DNA of 64,000 nt from Caecitellus pseudoparvulus (Eukaryota > Protista > Bigyra: Bicosoecida): assembly GCA_965644315.1 (NCBI GenBank), contig CBFFRQ010000020.1, positions 124,001-188,000 on the forward strand. Direction: 5' to 3'. Shown here piece by piece: positions 42,501-52,855 of this stretch. Each line of letters opens with the position of its first letter. Within the stretch, counting starts at the first letter, position 1. Under the pieces are notes generated by a model. The model was not told the origin of the DNA, did not search any database, and saw nothing but the letters and a program-made list of their open reading frames with translations. The position numbers and the translations under genes are program-made.

Positions 42501-45500
42501 CCCAACTCTTTGACGCCAGAGAACGCCTTGGTGTTGACCTGCCACGCTCCTCAGCCCGCACCTAGCCTAGGCCTCGTGGGCGGGCACATTCTGTCCCCCA
42601 ACATTTCGGATACACCACCTGACCAACGCCTTCCAGCCCTAGATGCACACGATGGCGGGTCAGACATCCTCGTCAAGGTGTCATTGCCAACCAACTACTC
42701 AGGGCTGAGTGCTGCCTCGCTTGTGTCTGCTCCACTCCCTCAAGTTCTTGCCTCCACCATGGCTGCACAGAGCGAGATGCTTGTGCAGTGGGACTTCAAC
42801 GATGCCTCAGTAGGAGGATTGTCAGTGACGGAGGTCTTGCTGCGCCTAATAAGGGTCGACTTGGGTGTGAATGCCGACGCTCCCCAAGAAAGCAGCGCCA
42901 CTTGCACTGACACATCGTTTGGCATCTTTGAAAGGTGTCAGCGGTCAGGACTGCAATGCCCAGAGAAATTTCCCGGCTGGGCGGGTGGCTGGGAGGGCAC
43001 GCCTGCAGAAACTGTGGACAACTCCACGTCTGCCCTCTTCACCCCGCTCTTCGTGCGCGATCCAAGCACAGCCGGCGATGCAGTGCTTGCTGCCGCTGTA
43101 CGCGAATATGCACCTCCCGTTATTGACCTTGGTGGAGGGCCAGTTGCAGGGTCCATTGTGTGGCAGGTGCCGCCGGACCTGAGAGGGCCTGTTGCGTACC
43201 GCCTTCAGGTGCAAGGAGTAGCCGCAGCTGCATCCCCGACCAGCCCAGGCAGCGCAACTGCGCCACCCAGCGTTCTCAATACGCGCAATTCTACATATGT
43301 TCTCATTCGTCCGTGGACTCACGCGCGCCTCGTGGACCATGCAAGTGGTGCGGTGCTCTCCGACAAGCATGAGCCTATTCTGCAGGGGCGGGTGCAGCTG
43401 CTGGCACCTGCGCCCAAGTTGCATGCCAGCCCGGGTGGGCCACCCACCTCAGGCGAGTGGGGCACAGTGTGTGGTGCCCCTGACCCGCTCCTGGCTCAGG
43501 CACACTGCAGGCTGGCGACGATTGCATGTGAACACACAGGCCGCTCGCAGCTGCTCGGGTACGAATGGGTCCTCCCTGCCCCGGGCACGGTAGTTGGCCC
43601 AACAGTTGGGCTAGTGGTGTCCACCAACCCTACTTGCCCTGATGGAGTGGCCCCTGGACGCATGTACGCAGATGGATTCGGCCCCGCTTCCGCTGGCGGC
43701 TGCCTCGCGAACTCAAGGCCCCTTGCGGTATGGGATGCCCCCGCGCCAACGAGTTGCCCGGCGACCACGGGGTACCTGGAGGTGCGCTGTGCACCGCATG
43801 ACTATTCGCCACACTCCAGCACTGGCAGCACACTTGCCTGCGGCAGCCGCAACTCGGGAGGGCGCCTACCCGGGGTTACACCGTACCCCACCGCAACACC
43901 CTCAGCACCGGCAAGCCCAACTTCCACCCCCAGCGTGGGTGCATCTCCCCCACCCTCCTCCAGCAGCTCTGCGTCGCCGTCTGTCTCCCCCACGCCATCC
44001 TTGTCCGTGGGCGCTTCTGCCTCCCGCACACCCTCACCGTCGATCTCACCATCGAGCAGCAGATCCGCTGTACCGTCGCCGTCTGCCCTCGCATCCGTGT
44101 CGCCGTCCCCCACGCCCGGCCTGAGCGCCTTCAGTGGCGACGTTTTCAATGCTGCAAGAGTTGTGGCGCCAGGCTTGGGTGCCAGCATGGTCCCTGACAG
44201 CCCCGCCGCAGCCGGCATCGGAGGCGGCAGCGGTGGTTTGAGGAGAGGGCGCCTCCTGCAGAGTACGCCCCCAGTGGAGTTTACCCTTCCCGTGCAGGCG
44301 TGGCTTCCCATCGACACGACACATGGGACTGCTGTGGGGGTGGAAAATGTCCCTCCCCTTGTCGTTGAGCTGGTTGACGCGGCAGTGTCAGCATCTTCCG
44401 CTGCCTTACGCTCTGCTCAGGTGGCACAGGGCGCGACGGTGGCAGTGCTGGCGAACAGCTTGCACGTCACTGTCAAGCCCGCCAAAAGCGACGCGCCAGT
44501 GCTGGCTGCCGTGTCCCTCACTGCAAGCGTGCTGCTTTTCAATGCCACGACTGAGCGTCGCCTTGCAGTTCGTGTTCGCGCCGAGGTGCCAGCGGCCGGG
44601 GGCGGGCCAAGTGGCATCCCCGTGTTGGACTCTCAGGGCAACCCTGCCATGTTCGTCTCACACCCTGTCACCCTCAGTCCAGCGGCCGTGCCAGCCGGCT
44701 GGACTCCACGTCTGAAGTTCAACACGGCGGGCAAGGGCAGCGGCGGGGCAACGTTTGGCCTGCTGCAGCTGTGGGACCCGCCATCGGCTGAGTACGGGTA
44801 TGCTTGCCTCGCTGATTTTTCTGCCCAGTCTGCTGACGTGCTGTGTGGGGCGCTCGGCTTCAGTGGCGCAGGGGCGTACTCCTACTTCACAAACCCACCC
44901 ACCACACGGGGAGTGCCTAGCATTGCCTGTGCAGGAGACGCCACTGGCATCGAGCAGTGCCTGGTCAGTGCCTTTGCCGTAAATCCGTGCCCTGCGAGTG
45001 ACTCTGCGGCGGTGGGACTTGTCTGCAGTCCTGCGAGGTGGCAGGCGTTGCTGCCTCCACCGGCAGGCTCTACTCTGCCCCTGCAACCCAGCCTTGACCT
45101 GAGCATGCCAGCGCAGGGCTGGTCTGTGCCTCTAACCAGCGCCACATCTCCCTGGTCCGTGGTCTCCGCCCCCATTGCCTCAGACTTTGTCAGTGTGGCC
45201 GCCTCGCTGCGGGTCTTCAACGCACAGGTGCTACCATGGGCCTTCCACCTCCGCCTCACCCTCGTCGTGGGACCCACTTCCAGTGGGCCTTGGCAAAGCG
45301 TGCCAGTTGCAGTGTTGCACGAGTTCTTTGCCGTGGACACGCCGGCTCTACTGCAAAGACAGGCATCTTCAAGCAACGACACGACCCTACTGCTGCCCAT
45401 CCCGTTGCGGGTCGCTTGGTCCACCCTGAAAGGGGAGCAGGGTCGCAATGTGTTCTCACTGTTCTTCGCGGTGCAAGGCCAGCTGCTGTTTGCGGACGGC

Positions 45501-46928
45501 AGCCCTGTGCCAGGCGGTAGCGAAAGCGGAGCTCAAGTCACGTCTGACGGGTTTTCTGTCCAGCGGCCGTCCGCCGCCGGTGCACCTGCCCGGGCGCGCC
45601 TCGTGGGTCAGACTGGAGTGGGGGGCGGCTTCGGTGGCTCTGGCCCCGGAAGCGGCGGCGTTGCGGTGCAGGCTGAGGAGGTGTGGACGCCCCTGTGTAG
45701 TGACGGTTTCGGGTCCCTTGATGCAGCAGTCGCATGCAGTGAGGGTGGCCTGGCGCGCGCAGGGGCTGCGTGGGCTGCTCCTCTCCCGCTTCTGAACGCA
45801 TTCGGCTCGTCAACGACGGGGCTGCCGTCCGCGTGGGTGTTGAACACAGCGTGCACAGGGGGTGAGGATAGCGTTCTTTCATGCCCCCACTCCCTCGTGC
45901 AGGACTCTAAGGCTTGCGTTGCCGGAACAGTGGCCAATGTGCAGTGCTTCGCGCGGGCGGAGGACGCCCCACACGTGCCACTGCGGCTGCTTGGTGTCGG
46001 CGACAACACTTCTGCCTTGGCAGGTGTGGTGCAGGTGCAGTGGCCAGGGGTGCCGAACGCAGGCTGGAGCGCGCTGTGTTTGGGCGCGGACACAGTGTCA
46101 CAGACAACTGCAGACACCATCTGCTGGCAGGCTGGGTTGGGCAACGCCACTGTGTGGGGCACAAGCACCGCCGTTTTGGGCGCGGAGGCCAGTGCTGTGA
46201 CAACGGCAGCAGGAAGTGCAGCTGTGTCCAGTGTGCACTGCCTTGGGGGCGAGACCCAAATTGGCCTCTGCCCGCGTGGTCCTCCCTTGCCGCGTGGCTC
46301 GGCTTGTCAGGGGGGTGCAAATGGCACCCTTGCCGTGGCTTGCGCAGCTCCAGGAAGCGGCGGGAGCGGCGGGGGCGGGGGCGGGCAAGCCGGGCGGGGT
46401 GCGTCCCCCGCAGCGACTGACCCTGCTGCCCTCATTGGGGGCACAACAGGCGCCGTGGCGTTCCTCCTCCTCCTCGCCCTGGCAGCATTCCTCGTGTACC
46501 GGTACCGTACAGGCAAGGCAGCGCCTCGGCGGGAGCCACACAGCCTTCCCCGGCGCAGCGCCGAGCTGTCTTCCAGGCGGGCCTCCGCTGGGCGAGACGG
46601 TACAGTGGAAGTAGCATCACCCCTTGCGCTGCTGGGTGCCAAGCCTCCTCAACCACCAACACCGGCAGCTGGCCAGGGCGACAGCGCAACCGTAAACCCG
46701 CTCACAGTGGCGGCATCCGCCCCTCCTCCCACAGCTGACCTGCCTCAGGGTCGACCACTGTCCCCATTGCGTCCAGCAGGTTTAAGGAGCTTTGAGCCTG
46801 CAGCAGGGCGCAGGGCGTTCGTGCCACAAGTGTCCAGTTCTCGAGGGGCACTGCGTGGCGCTGAAGTCGTCCTGCCTACCGTCGCTGGAAGAGGTGGCTT
46901 CAAGCCTCCTCAACAAAGCAAGCGGTAG
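36565..46928 (+). CDS. Giant type I membrane protein with about 10 scavenger-receptor cysteine-rich (SRCR) domains
   Basis: Signal peptide MARKTANSARNLALVFVITCAAASRA. Repeated RL..GR(V/L)EV..WG.VC..VAC.Q.GF..C.G.E..L..C..GV.C units, an S/T/P stalk, a single TM (LIGGTTGAVAFLLLLALAAFLVY-RYR) and a cytosolic tail. Introns at 36746-36810 and 36841-36906. Confidence 0.9.
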
Positions 46929-46989
46929 GAGCAGTGACGTGTTGGTTATGTGCTAACGTGAAGGCAGTCTGCCAATGCATGTATTTCTG

Positions 46990-47595
46990 TCACCTGTCAT
47001 TCCTGCTGCCTCCCACAGGGCCGAAAGGGAAGCCTGTGCCCTTGAATGCGCCAGACATCATCTGTTGCAACGGCCCTCCCGGGGCCATGAGCTCCTTTCC
47101 TACCTCCATCATACCCTCTTGGACCACTTCAGAGACCAAGTCTTCTCGCCTGCTCATGAGCTGTGAGTGCAGTACGCAAGGCTGGGTTTCAGGGCGCTGG
47201 GAAACGCAGGCGAAACGCTGCACACACGTCTTGCACTGCAGAAGTAGTTGCCGCCGCGATGAGGTCCTGAGCAACCACTTTGTTCTGCAGCACAGCATGG
47301 TCCCATGGTATCTGCATGTCCACCACCTTCCCCTGCCCATCCACTGCAAAACGGCAAGCGAAATGAGCAAGGCCGTGCCTCCGGCTGGCTTCGCTGGCTG
47401 TCCACGTCACCTGCGAGAGCCTGGCAGACACGCACAGGTTACGCGAACGAGCCCCCCCGCCGCTTCTCCGACTGCTCGCAAGTCAGCTGTGCGTGCCTCC
47501 ACTCGCTGGACAATCTTCTGCATGGCAGGGTTTCCCTGGCTGGCGGCACGCTGCAGCATGGGCATCATCATGCCCGCCAGCCTGCCAAAGTCCAT
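46990..47595 (-). CDS. YbaB/EbfC-family (nucleoid-associated-like) protein, spliced
   Basis: Reconstructed protein MDFGRLAGMMMPML..MQKIVQRVEARTADLRAVGEAAGGLVRVT|LDGQGKVVDMQIPWDHAVLQNKVVAQDLIAAATTSAVQD|LMSRRE. This fits the YbaB pattern G.AGGG.V.VT..G.G.V..V.I..D..DLI.AA...A. Introns at 47344-47435 and 47161-47227. Confidence 0.78.
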
Positions 47596-47763
47596 GTTTC
47601 CTTGCAAACAGGGTGGAGTGGCTTCTAAAGGTGTATCAAACTAGTGCCAGCACACAGTTCTTGAGGCAGGGCGCATCGCTGGTGCAGTAAGTATACAACG
47701 CACACTGCATTGCAAGGGCAGCGCCGATGTGCCCTCACACCATAGCACACACGTGGTCCCGGC

Positions 47764-50700
47764 CTACAGAGGTTGGAACTGAGCCAAGAAGGTCCTGATC
47801 TCCATGGGCCGCAATATCACTTCCAGGCTCGGCCCAGATGGCGGCTCACCTGCCCAGCGCGTCAGTGTGCTGGGCTCAGGCTCGCCCTCACCCTGCACTT
47901 GCCACAGGAGCGGCTGTACGTCCGCGACATCGGCGTTGCCGCGCAAGGTGGTTTCTGTGGCAGACGTCAGGGTCAGGCCGCGGAACATGCCTGCCAGCTG
48001 GACTGTCGCGGGTTGTGACAGCACAGCATCCTCGCCCACCTCGTACAGGTGAGCTAGTCGGAGCAGCATGACTCCTGGGCCGTAGTTTGCCGTGTCGACC
48101 GTCAACAAGTGCACGTTGGGGGGCAAGTTGGTAGCCATGCCGCGGCGGGCACCCACAAACTTCGTCAGCCACTGGGGGGGGGTCAGCCCTTGCAAAGGTG
48201 CCGCCTTGAGCAACGGCCGGAAAAAGTCGCTCTGCATCAGCTGGCGCTGCGCCTTGGCTGACCTGGTCGGAGTATCCAGTGTCAACCAGTGCACTCCCCG
48301 AACAATGAGGCCATCACCCGTCAAGCCTGTTTCGTTGAGGGCCTGGCCGACGCCCCTTGCATCGTCGTGGAGGAGGCGGCGGTGCACCATCACCTCCACT
48401 GCCCCCTCAGCAAGGGAAGCGCCCCCCTGGGATCGATCATTCACGAGGGTAAACACACGAGGATGCTGTTCGTGCTGCTCTTCTCGCAGCTGGATGGCGG
48501 CATTGATGGGCGCGTAGTTGCCAGACACTGGCTGCGTCACGTTCAGCTTCCAAGAGTCGCGATGGTTCAATTTGCGCTGCACCATGTCACGGCCGTTGCT
48601 GTCTGTGTACCAGGTGTCCCGCGACGCAAGGTCCGTTGACAGGCGATGGATAACTTCTTTCCCCCAGCCATCAGAGATTGGGATGGGGCCAACAGTCCAC
48701 TGCACCTCCACTGTCGACTCCCCGGCCCACAGGCGGGTTTCTTGCGTCAACCACTCCGACACAGTGTGGCGAGTTTCCCACACCACCGGACCCTGTGCCA
48801 CAACTGTCACAGTCGCTGGAGTCTGAGATACGGGGACAGGAGTGTCTGAGTCAGGCCGAAAGATGTACGCGCCGGAAGCCTGCGTCTGCCCCCACTGGCA
48901 TGGCCCAGTGCACGGGACGCCAGGGCTTGACCGGTACAAACGCCACTCCTGATGACACTGGGCCGACACATTTTGCTCCAGGTTGGAAAGGTGGGAAAGC
49001 AGTCCAGTGCTGCTGTCAAGTGTGACTGCCACCTTACCGTTCGAAAGCACCACATTGCCGGAGGTGGTTCCTCGCAGGGATGCACTGGTCACCCTGCCGG
49101 AGCTCCCCGCACCCTTGGGCACACGCAGCACCCTCGTCTTGGGCGCATCTTTGGCTAATTGAGTTGGCTGCAGGAATACAGTGCTGAAGCCATACGCGGG
49201 TAGCTCTGTCTGAAACGCCAGCCAAGCCATTGGCGCAGAGGCTGCTCCGCCGTTGATGCGCCTGAGCTGGACATCCCGCGCTGACAGTGGTAGAAGCTGT
49301 GCCGGCAGCACGTGTCCAGAAGCATTTGATACGTGCCAAGATGCAACACCACTGGGGATTCCGACTGGCAGGCGAACGTTGAAATTGCGTGGCTGTGCCT
49401 GCTGGTTTACGAGGGCCAAGACGGTAGGCATTCCCTTTGCCGTGGCTTGGCACATGGACACATTGGACAGCTGGCATTCAGACCAGCCGGTGGCACCTTT
49501 TGTTAGGTGAGTCAGCAAGCTATCTGTCCCGACCTGGGCCACCGCGTGGCCGGCGTACAGCTTCTTTGCATAGTCAAATGCCACGTGCTGCTGCTCAGTG
49601 CCAGCTACGGCGTCGTGGTGCTGGAGTGTGCCCATCGCATGCTCCAGCGCAGAGAGGGATGTGCCCTGCCATGGTGGAGTACTGCCCTCCTGGAAAACGT
49701 TGCTTGCCGAAAGGGTTTTCTGTGCTGTGGACCTCCGCGGGGTGTGCAGCCCAGTGGCGTTGGCAGCAAGCATTAGCGCTCTGGCGGCTTGCAAGTACGC
49801 TGACTCAGTGCGAACATAGCCCTTCAGAGCCGGTCGTGATGTCATGTAGCCAGTCCAATACGAGAATGGCTGAGAAGGGGAGCCAGGGTGACAAGTTCAA
49901 TGCCGTTCAGTCCCCCTGCACCCTGTTCGCAAACAACACACCTGGTCGGCATAAGGGAAGAAATCATCGGTCTTCAGGGGGAGCTTCAAACCCTCAGCAT
50001 GTTTAGCTGCTGTGTACTGCTCGGGGGTCGAGTAAAATACGTTGACGCTGCCGTTGGCGTTCAAGAGGTGAATGAGCGCATCCAGGTTGGCATACCACTC
50101 AGCCGCCTGCGCATCCCACGGACAGAGAATCGAGTGCAACCCGCTACGCAAGCAGCCAGCATGGTACAAGCTGCACATACCTGCTCATACTGAAAGTCAC
50201 AGCCCATCGTGAACATGATGTGATTACCTTGGTATGCTGAGGCCTGCTCGCGTGCATCCTCAAGGAATGTGTTGAGGATGGCCTGGGCGTCGGGTTGAAG
50301 CCCTTCCAGGCGCGGATCCACGGAGACGGGGGTAGCATGCGGGTTAGAAACGTCAAAGTTCAGGCCAGGCGGAGGGCAATAGTGGTAGTACAGCGTTCCG
50401 AACAGTGATTGGGCGCCGGCCCCCAAAGAAGGAGACGCCCGCCAAACTGTCTCCAAGGAACGGCTTGCCGCTCGGACCGCCTTGTCCTGGTAGTCAATGC
50501 GTGCGGCGTAGAGAGCATCGTACCCGGACAGCGCCGTCAGCAAGCTTTGCTGTGCTGCAGAGTGCCCAAACGGGTCAATCTGCCATGTGACTTTCGGAAC
50601 GACTCCCAGTTCTCGCAGCAAGAAGCGGTTGCCTAGGGTCGTCTGATCAATCATGTCAATGTACGTGGGGTTGGCTTCGTCGTGCATGTCCCAGCCAGCA

Positions 50701-51278
50701 TTCGTGAACTCCAGCTGCCCTGCCAGGACAAGTTCTCTCACCTGAGCCCGGGTCTCGTCATCCTGGTCGAACCACCAGTGCTGAAAGAAAGCCTGCTCGA
50801 CGTAAATGAACTTCCGATCAGGATTCCGCGGCAGCTCATTCACCACGGAGTCCAAGATGAACTGGACAGCTGCATGCTGAATGCTGTTGTTTGCGCCCTG
50901 TGTGTAAGTGGCAACGGCAAACAACAACGCCAGTTCTCGCGCAAGTGGGAACGCACGCTGCAGGAAGCGTGCACCTACCGCATAGTACTCATCCAGTGTC
51001 TTGAGCCACCCCACGTCATCTGTGGTGCGGGGAGCATGCATATTCGTTGACGTTGGGACGCCTACAACGTCGGCGTGGTGGGCTGCCTCTCCTGCAGTGC
51101 ACTTCAATGCCCCTGCAGACCTGCTCATGCGGCTCGTACCATGCGTGTGGGACACCAAGTGAACGTTCAGTTTGTCATCAGAGTATCCCTTGAAAGCCGT
51201 GTTATATGGGGAGCGTCTTGCACCCCCCAATGCGACAGCACAGCAGACTACCAAGGCACATGGAGCAAAATGTTTCAT
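47764..51278 (-). CDS. Lysosomal/vacuolar alpha-mannosidase, GH38 (MAN2B1-like)
   Basis: Signal peptide, then VHLVSHTH|DDVGWLKT, DRKFIYVEQAFF, WQIDPFGHS, MGCDF, YWTGYMTSRP, QHHDAVAGT, SGAYIFRP, YTDSNGR and MVHRRLLHDD. Introns at 51020-51139, 50898-50978, 50107-50180 and 49870-49941. Confidence 0.95.
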
Positions 51279-51422
51279 GCTGCCGCAGGCCCAAACTTTG
51301 GATGGCTGTGCTGCAGGAAAAACAGCGCAAGGGCGCAATAAAACGAATCAGATAAATGCATGGTGGTATCAAGCTGCCCAGGAGGGGGTGGCAAAGGAAA
51401 TTGTGGTAAAGGTCACAAAGTA

Positions 51423-51446
51423 CGACGCAAAAACGTTTTCGCGTCG
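51423..51446. repeat. 24-bp near-perfect palindrome in a divergent intergenic region
   Basis: CGACGCAAAAAC|GTTTTCGCGTCG, one mismatch. Confidence 0.7.
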
Positions 51447-51751
51447 GCTGATGTGGGAATCACAGGTAAAGAATGCTTGCCAGCCGAGTTGATCCTTTTC
51501 TTCGCAAACCCTATAGACTGGCCCCGTGTCACTTTTGGGCTTGATCTTGGACTCGGTCCCTCAAATTACGCGCCCTTGAGAGAGTCTACGTCTCGTTATT
51601 TACACGAAGACCTCCTTGCCTTCTCCCCGAGACGGCACCCTCCTGTTGGAAAGGTTCCCTCTCGTACCTCGCGGAGCAGAGACAGCTCTCTGCAACCCGT
51701 CGAAGAGAGAACAACAGTATGGTAGCTTCCCTCCTGCATCAAATACGGAGA

Positions 51752-52384
51752 ATGCTCTATGTGGCCAGTTTGGTTGCAGCAACGGGCTGCCTCTGTGCAG
51801 CAGCTGGGGAAACTCCAGGTGCTGCGCTGCCACGTGCGGGAATCGGTTTGGAGGTGTTGCGCCGCACACCCGACTTGCGAGCTTCCAGCTGGGCGCAGTG
51901 CCCCAGCGGCAGCACTGGCTTGATCATTGTCACAAGGCAAACTGCTGAGTTGGAAGTGGCCAGAAATGATGCGAGAGTTCAACAGGTTCCAGGGCTCTGC
52001 ACCCGGGTCTTGCTCCTGCCAGACTCTGGTGGTGAGCAGTGCCTGACAGCACTGCACTTCGGCGCAAGGGTGGCCTGGAGATCCAATGGGGTGATTTTTT
52101 CTGATTTCCACCAGCTCTCATCAGCCGTGCAGCTGTTTTCGGACTGGCAGCAGGTCGGTGCGCCGTGGCTTGCTGGCTCGCTGGGCAGTTATGAGCTGGC
52201 AAACCTCACGTTGGCACAGCGCAACGGGGCAGGGCCATGCAAGGCTGCCCCCCTCCGCCCAACAGGTATCCCAATTGGTGCTTTGCGCTCCATGGCCTTC
52301 TTGGGGAGTGCCTTGTGGCCGCGCGCTACGTTGGAAGGGTCTGTCGCTGTGTGGGCCAGAGCTTTTGGGCTTCACATGAGGTAG
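51752..52384 (+). CDS. Hypothetical protein, possibly secreted
   Basis: About 210-aa ORF filling an otherwise empty gap. It begins with a hydrophobic signal-like segment MLYVASLVAATGCLCAAAG. No recognisable family. Confidence 0.4.
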   Translation: MLYVASLVAATGCLCAAAGETPGAALPRAGIGLEVLRRTPDLRASSWAQCPSGSTGLIIVTRQTAELEVARNDARVQQVPGLCTRVLLLPDSGGEQCLTALHFGARVAWRSNGVIFSDFHQLSSAVQLFSDWQQVGAPWLAGSLGSYELANLTLAQRNGAGPCKAAPLRPTGIPIGALRSMAFLGSALWPRATLEGSVAVWARAFGLHMR

Positions 52385-52855
52385 GTGAGGAGAAGCGCCG
52401 CAGGAAGGGTCTGTGCAGAAGGGCAGCTTGCAGCTGCCATTGTCAGTTGCTCTCAACGCATCTGAACGATGGGCTTCACTTGTGCTGGCGCCGTGGCAGG
52501 GTGCTGCTTCTGCAGACTACCCGCCCGAAAGCCAGCCAGCCAACTTGCCATGCGCACCACAAGTTGCAAAGAGGCGCACACACAGGATCACGGTGCGCCT
52601 CTGAACAAAACTCGACTCAAAATGCGCACCGCAGCCCCCGAGATTCCCCAAATGCAGTGCACCCACCATTGAAGGTGTGGTGAGCCAGATATACCCGCCT
52701 GACGCTGGTGTTGTTGCGCAGCTGAGGGTGGCTTTGCGTTCGCAGCCATCACCTGCTTCTTGCAGCTTGAAGGGTTGGCTAAGCGCGACACGGACGTCCA
52801 GACCTTCACTTCTGACTGATTGTCACGGTGGTCTTGTGTCCATCTCCCTGCAGCA

